Of a stretch of 64,000 nt of DNA, positions 59,294-64,000 are shown one piece after another. Location: assembly GCA_973895155.1 (NCBI GenBank), contig OZ316899.1, forward strand, positions 1,139,573 to 1,203,572. Reading direction: 5' to 3'. The position numbers and the translations under genes were made by a program. Origin of the DNA: Marsupella aquatica. Taxonomy: Eukaryota; Plantae; Marchantiophyta. How positions within the stretch are numbered: position 1 is the first letter of the stretch; each line of letters begins with the position of its first letter. A model generated the notes under the pieces. That model did not search any database. It was not told where the DNA came from and worked only from the letters and a program-made list of their open reading frames with translations.

Positions 59294-61661
59294 TGTCACT
59301 TCTGATTTTCATGGGGGAAAAAGTAACCGTCATTAAAATCCGGAAATGAGTATGAGGCAAAAATCCGGAAATGGATGTAAGGCAAAATCCGGATACTGAT
59401 TTCCGGTTCTACTACTAAATCCAAATTTAGATCCTAGTCGGATCCGGAAATTCTAACTAACTAACTAAAAACTACTAAGCTACTAGAGAATCATCTTCTA
59501 TCTCTACTCTAATTGGCTCATGGGTGCCATCAACCAAACTCGTTGGCTTTTGGGAAGTAGGTGTCCCTAAGCTTGTAGTAGCTTCCGCATCCTTCAAATC
59601 CAAAGTAAAGCCGCGTGTGGGACTGACAATCAAAGGCGACACAGACGGAAAATGGAACTCAATCTTCTCAAATCCGGGTGGAGTGCCCTCTGCATCAGAC
59701 ATTCCGGCTTCCGGAATCCGGACTCAAGCAGGTGCAAGCGTTGACTTCACATCCAAAATAATTTTCTCCATCTGGTCGAAAGCTCCCGTGATCTTCTTAG
59801 CAAACCGGTTATTACACTCAATAACCTTGGCAAGGGTGCCTGGGTTGGCTATGGCTAAATACTTATCAATCACGTTGGTCTCAACCAAGTCCAAGGCTGG
59901 TACATGAAGCGCTTCCTGAACACTGGTGACTGCTGCATTCAGTAATTTCCGGATTTTTAGATGCTCCTCCAACTTCTTATGTGCAACATCCAACTGGTCC
60001 ACCAAGGAATCAATCTTCTGTCTGTCCTTGACAGCCGGATCCTCCAAGTCCCAGATCCTCTTCTTGGCCTGGCTTTTAGTCACCATATCCAAAGTGGAAA
60101 TGATGACAATCGGACTGCAGTTGAGCATCTAAGCAACTTTGCTAACAAGATCCTCTAGTTGTTTTGTCTTGCCAGTGGCACTCTCCACAGGAATCCGGAC
60201 ATGCTCCAACTCTGCTGATGCCGTCCACTTTGAACTTGATGTCATGCCCGAAAGACTTCCTCTGCTTTTCGGTCTTCAGACAGGTTCCAGATCTTTGACT
60301 GGGTCCGGTTCCGGACTCTAAACTAACCGCTTCCGGGTCCTAGGGGGTCGGACTTCAACAACAGGTTCTTCTTCTGACTCAGTCCCCTCAAATGGCTGTC
60401 AATCCGGATCTCCGAGTTGAGCCAACATGGCTTGGTTCTCGTATTCCTCTGCCTTTTCATCTGTCAGAACCCGGTCCATGGAGTACAGGTTCGCTAGGTA
60501 GCACAAAAGGGAGGTGGGAGTCTTCTGAAAGTGAAGATTCTGGACTTCCTTAGCGATGACTTCCTCCAACACCTTTGCCCAAGAAATATTCTTCTCACCC
60601 ACGTAGGAAGCAGCAATCGTATTGCCAATCCGGATTGTTACTCGACAAGGTTTGGCAGGGGATAGAATGGGTAACAGGAAGGCCAGGACATCAAAGAACT
60701 CCTCATTCAGGCACTAAGACATCTTCCAGCCATCCTTCAGATCAACCTCACCATCAAAGTAATTGTCAGCATAATTCTCCTTCGAAGTCAAAAAACTCTC
60801 TCCCTTCAATGGCACATCTAGCAATGAGGAGATGACAGTCGCAGTCCACTTTTCCGGATTTCCTCTAATAGAATCCAAAAAATCCAAAGCAAGGGTGGCA
60901 CGATTGCGGACCTCCTTCACGAACACTGCACTCTGGTATCCCCATGGCAATTCCATCAACTTTGCGCAGCCCATGGCCTCAAGGTTGTTCTGTAAATGGT
61001 CCTTCCTTTCCGGATCCATAGGAATCTCTGGACGCAGCGGCTTCTCGTTAACAATGACTGTCCACTCCTTAGTCGTCTGCTTTGGAAGCGTCCGGATTCC
61101 GGATTTGTCTGGGGCAAAATCTGGATCCTTTCTCTTCACCATGATGAACGAGGGAGAGAAAGAAACCAAATTAAAATCCCTTCACAAAATTCCGGAATCT
61201 CAAATCTGGAAACTGGAATCAAATCGTCACTTCCCCACTCAATCAAATGATCACCCACTTCCCCCGTAACTAGTTCCTCACAACTAATGCCTCAAATTGG
61301 CTGCCTTGTCCGACTCTATTCACTCCTGTGACTTCTCGCAAAAGATTTCCGCAGCAGTTCGGTGGTGTGAGGAATGCCCAGTCACAGTGGCCTTAAGAAC
61401 TCGGTCACCAACTTCCGGTCTCCGGTCGAACGTCAGACTTATGGTTTAGTCGGCATTCTTGTACGCCTTCCCTCACGGTGCAACTGTATTGGTATTTGCA
61501 AGTTCCAAAAAGAGTGCTATCCGGATATTTCCGGAAGTCATACTGCAAACTAGACTTTGTAGTCATTTCCGGGTTTATTATACTCCATTAACGTGGTAAT
61601 GCGCAAAAAAATTCAAAAAATAGCACTTTTTAATTTCTTTGGCCATAGCCCTGTTATCACA
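59294..61661 (-). repeat. 3' LTR of element G (2,368 bp) containing an ORF
   Basis: Begins TGTGATAAC three bases after a PPT and ends GAAGTGACA at the junction with H sequence. The 5' LTR is outside the window. Confidence 0.72.
59475..61142 (-). pseudogene. LTR-encoded PMD/Transposase_32-like plus coiled-coil protein of G
   Basis: Track ORFs 60714-61169, 60399-60602, 59724-60128 and 59475-59702 share one frame. LEAMGCAKLMELPW...IRGNPEKWT...DGWKMS*CLNEEFFDVLAFL...ISWAKVL. Confidence 0.68.
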
Positions 61662-61664
61662 TAA

Positions 61665-61674
61665 CTCCCTCCCC
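61665..61674 (-). promoter_or_regulatory. Polypurine tract of G directly after the integrase stop
   Basis: GGGGAGGGAG, 26 bases downstream of the pol stop. Confidence 0.75.
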
Positions 61675-61700
61675 AACCGGTGCAGCACCCTTGCAAACCG

Positions 61701-64000
61701 TCAAGAGGTGGAGTGATATTTCTTAACCCGAAATCCATTAACTTGAGTTAAGAGAACTTCGCCTTGTAAATCCTCCAATTGTAAAGAACCATTAGCAAAT
61801 ATCTCTCGAACCTTGCAAGGTCCAAGCCATCTGGTATGAAGCTTTCCCGGAAACAACATGTAACAATTATCAAAAAGTAGAACCAAATCACCTGGTACAA
61901 TCTTCACTTCTTTAAGCTTAGCATCATACCGCTGGGCACGTCCCAATTGTTGTTTCTCGATCTCAATCAAAGCATAATGGCGATCCTCTTCTAACTTCTC
62001 CAAATTCTGTAACCTGATAGTCTGACTTAACTCCTCATCCAACCGGGTGGTATCAGAAATTTGGTAGGTGGGTACTTCAAATTCCACTGGGACAATACTA
62101 TGGAGTCCATAAACCAAGTAAAAAGGAGTTTGCTTAGTTGTAATTTTCTCAGCTGTCCGATATGCCCATAAAGCAGAATGTAATTTTACATCCCAATCTG
62201 ACTTGTGTCCAGCCACCGTCTTGAGTAAGATGCGTTCCATCAACCCATTAGCTTTTTCAGTGAGTCCATTAGCTTTAGGATTGTAAGGGGTGGTTTTTCT
62301 ACGACGGATCAGATATGTATTTGTGAGACTTTGGATAGTACTGTTGAGAAAATGTAGACGTCTATCACTCACCAACTCCAAAAGACAACCAAATCTGACC
62401 AAGATACTTTCAAAAATGAATTTAGCTGTTGTCTGAGCATCATTTTTCCTGGTTGCTCGAGCTTCTACCCACTTTGTTGCATAATCTATGGCAAGAATAA
62501 TGTATCGATGTCTGGTTCTGGCTGAGGGAGGTTGAATGGGACCCACGAAATCTATGCCCCACTTTTCAAAAGGTGCTAAAGGCATGATAGGAGTTAAAGG
62601 CCAATGAGAAGTGGAAGTAGGTTTACCCATTCTCTGACATGGATCACAAGCTTGGATGTAAGACTGAGTATCCTTATACATAGTCGGCCACCAATATCCA
62701 ACATTCCAGATTTTCTTCATAGTGTTCATTAATGCATAATGTCCACCTCCCTCTTTTGCATGCATGGCCTGAATGACAGTCTTGATCTCCTTTTTCTCGA
62801 GACATCGTTTCAACTCTTGGTCTGGAGTCTGTTTGTACAACACACCTTCTCGTAAGGTATAAGGCCCAACCTTATGAATGAAGACTGCTTGCTGCTCCTT
62901 GTTCAGATTCTCTGGTAAAACACCCAAAGTCAGAAGTTTGATGATATCCGCATACCAAGAATCCTCCTCATGGACACAGAAAATGTCTTCATCCGGAAAT
63001 CGGTCATTCAATGGAGAGTCATTCGCCTCACCGTCTAATCTCGAGAGGAAATCAGCATTCTCATGATGTTTTCCGGGTCAAACTTCCACAGTAAAGTCAA
63101 AATTCTTGTTGTAAAAAAACCCATCTAGCAATTCTTCCGGAAAGGTCAGTTTGGTTGACTAAATATTTCAACGAAGAATGGTCAGTATGAAATACCGTAT
63201 GATATCCCAAAAGGTAGTGTCTAAACTTCTTACAGGCAAACACCACTGCCAATGCTTCTCTTTCTGTGACAATATAGTTCTTCTCAGCAGGGTTCATTTG
63301 TCTACTAGCATAGAAGATAGGATGGTCCTTACCGGCTTTGTCCTTCTGACTAAGGACTGCTCCAACACAAAATGCTGAAGCGTCAATGTACACATGAAAA
63401 GGCTTATCCCAATCGGGTGGTATCAGCACAGGGCAAACACCAACTTATCCTTCAAATTCTGGAAAGCTGTTTGCCAAGCTTCAGTCCAGGTATATTCAAC
63501 ATCCTTCTTCAACAACTGAGTCAGTGGCATCGCAATCTCAGCATATTTACAAATAAATCTTTGGTAGTATCCCACATGACCTAAGAATGCTCTCAACTCT
63601 CTTAAGTTAGCAGGGGGTTGAAGATTTTGAATAATCTTCACTTTTTCAACATTCACTTCTATCCCTTTTCGAGAAATCACATGTCCCAACAACACTCCTT
63701 TCTGCATCCCCATGAAACATTTTTCTGGATGTAAGCAAAGGCAAGCTTCCCTGAATTTTTGGAAAGTTAATTGCAGCTTCTCCAGATGCTCTTCTTCCGT
63801 ACTGAAAACACAGAAATCATCAATAAAAATTTCCAAAAATCGATGAAGGTATTCTTGAAAAATTATCATCATGATCCATTGAAAGGTTCCTGGGGCATTG
63901 CAGAGTCTAGATGGCATTACTGAAAAAGCATATGTGCCCCAGTACGTAGTGAATGTGGTCTTGTCACGGTCCTCCTCCCTGACTGAAATTTGGTTGTATC
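61701..64000 (-). pseudogene. pol: Athila/Tat-like non-chromoviral Gypsy pol (RT, RNase H, integrase); runs off the window
   Basis: MPSRLCNAPGTFQ...FIDD; IDASAFCVGAVL...EREALAVVFACKKFRHYL; GGHY...CDPCQ...WGIDFVGP...YNPKANG...WLGP. Confidence 0.93.

Overview
A eukaryotic, repeat-only window with no intact host gene, rRNA or tRNA. It is most likely from a non-seed land plant such as a bryophyte (inferred from the TE families and GT-AG introns). It is a stack of nested transposons. (1) An L1-like LINE is split in frame by an 18,354-bp CACTA/EnSpm element (1144-19497; CACTAGAAGAA TIRs, TCT TSD). Besides TnpD- and TnpA-like genes, the CACTA carries the last exon of a ribosomal protein L18a gene, a Cys-rich ORF, a stand-alone EDM2-like composite PHD ORF and a tandem Pol-lambda-type BRCT ORF. 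(2) An older unit holds a ParB-like gene fragment, an array of 15-bp palindromes (TAGCGCCWGGCGCTA) and a SWIM zinc-finger pseudogene. It is disrupted by Ty3/Gypsy material: deleted element C, solo LTR A, full element B with solo LTR D in its 3' LTR, and solo LTR E. (3) Two more LINE 3' fragments follow, then a chromovirus (H) whose 5' and 3' parts face opposite ways, and an Athila-like element G. The main candidates for a new system are the chromatin-reader plus repair-adaptor cargo of the CACTA element, and a family of 2.4-4.7-kb LTRs that encode a plant-mobile-domain-like/coiled-coil protein inside the LTR itself. Three of these LTRs share a covarying stem-loop module, and one related LTR carries an RPA70-like OB-fold gene. 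Nearly all ORFs are decayed by C-to-T stops. Protein family calls come from remembered motifs, not from database searches.
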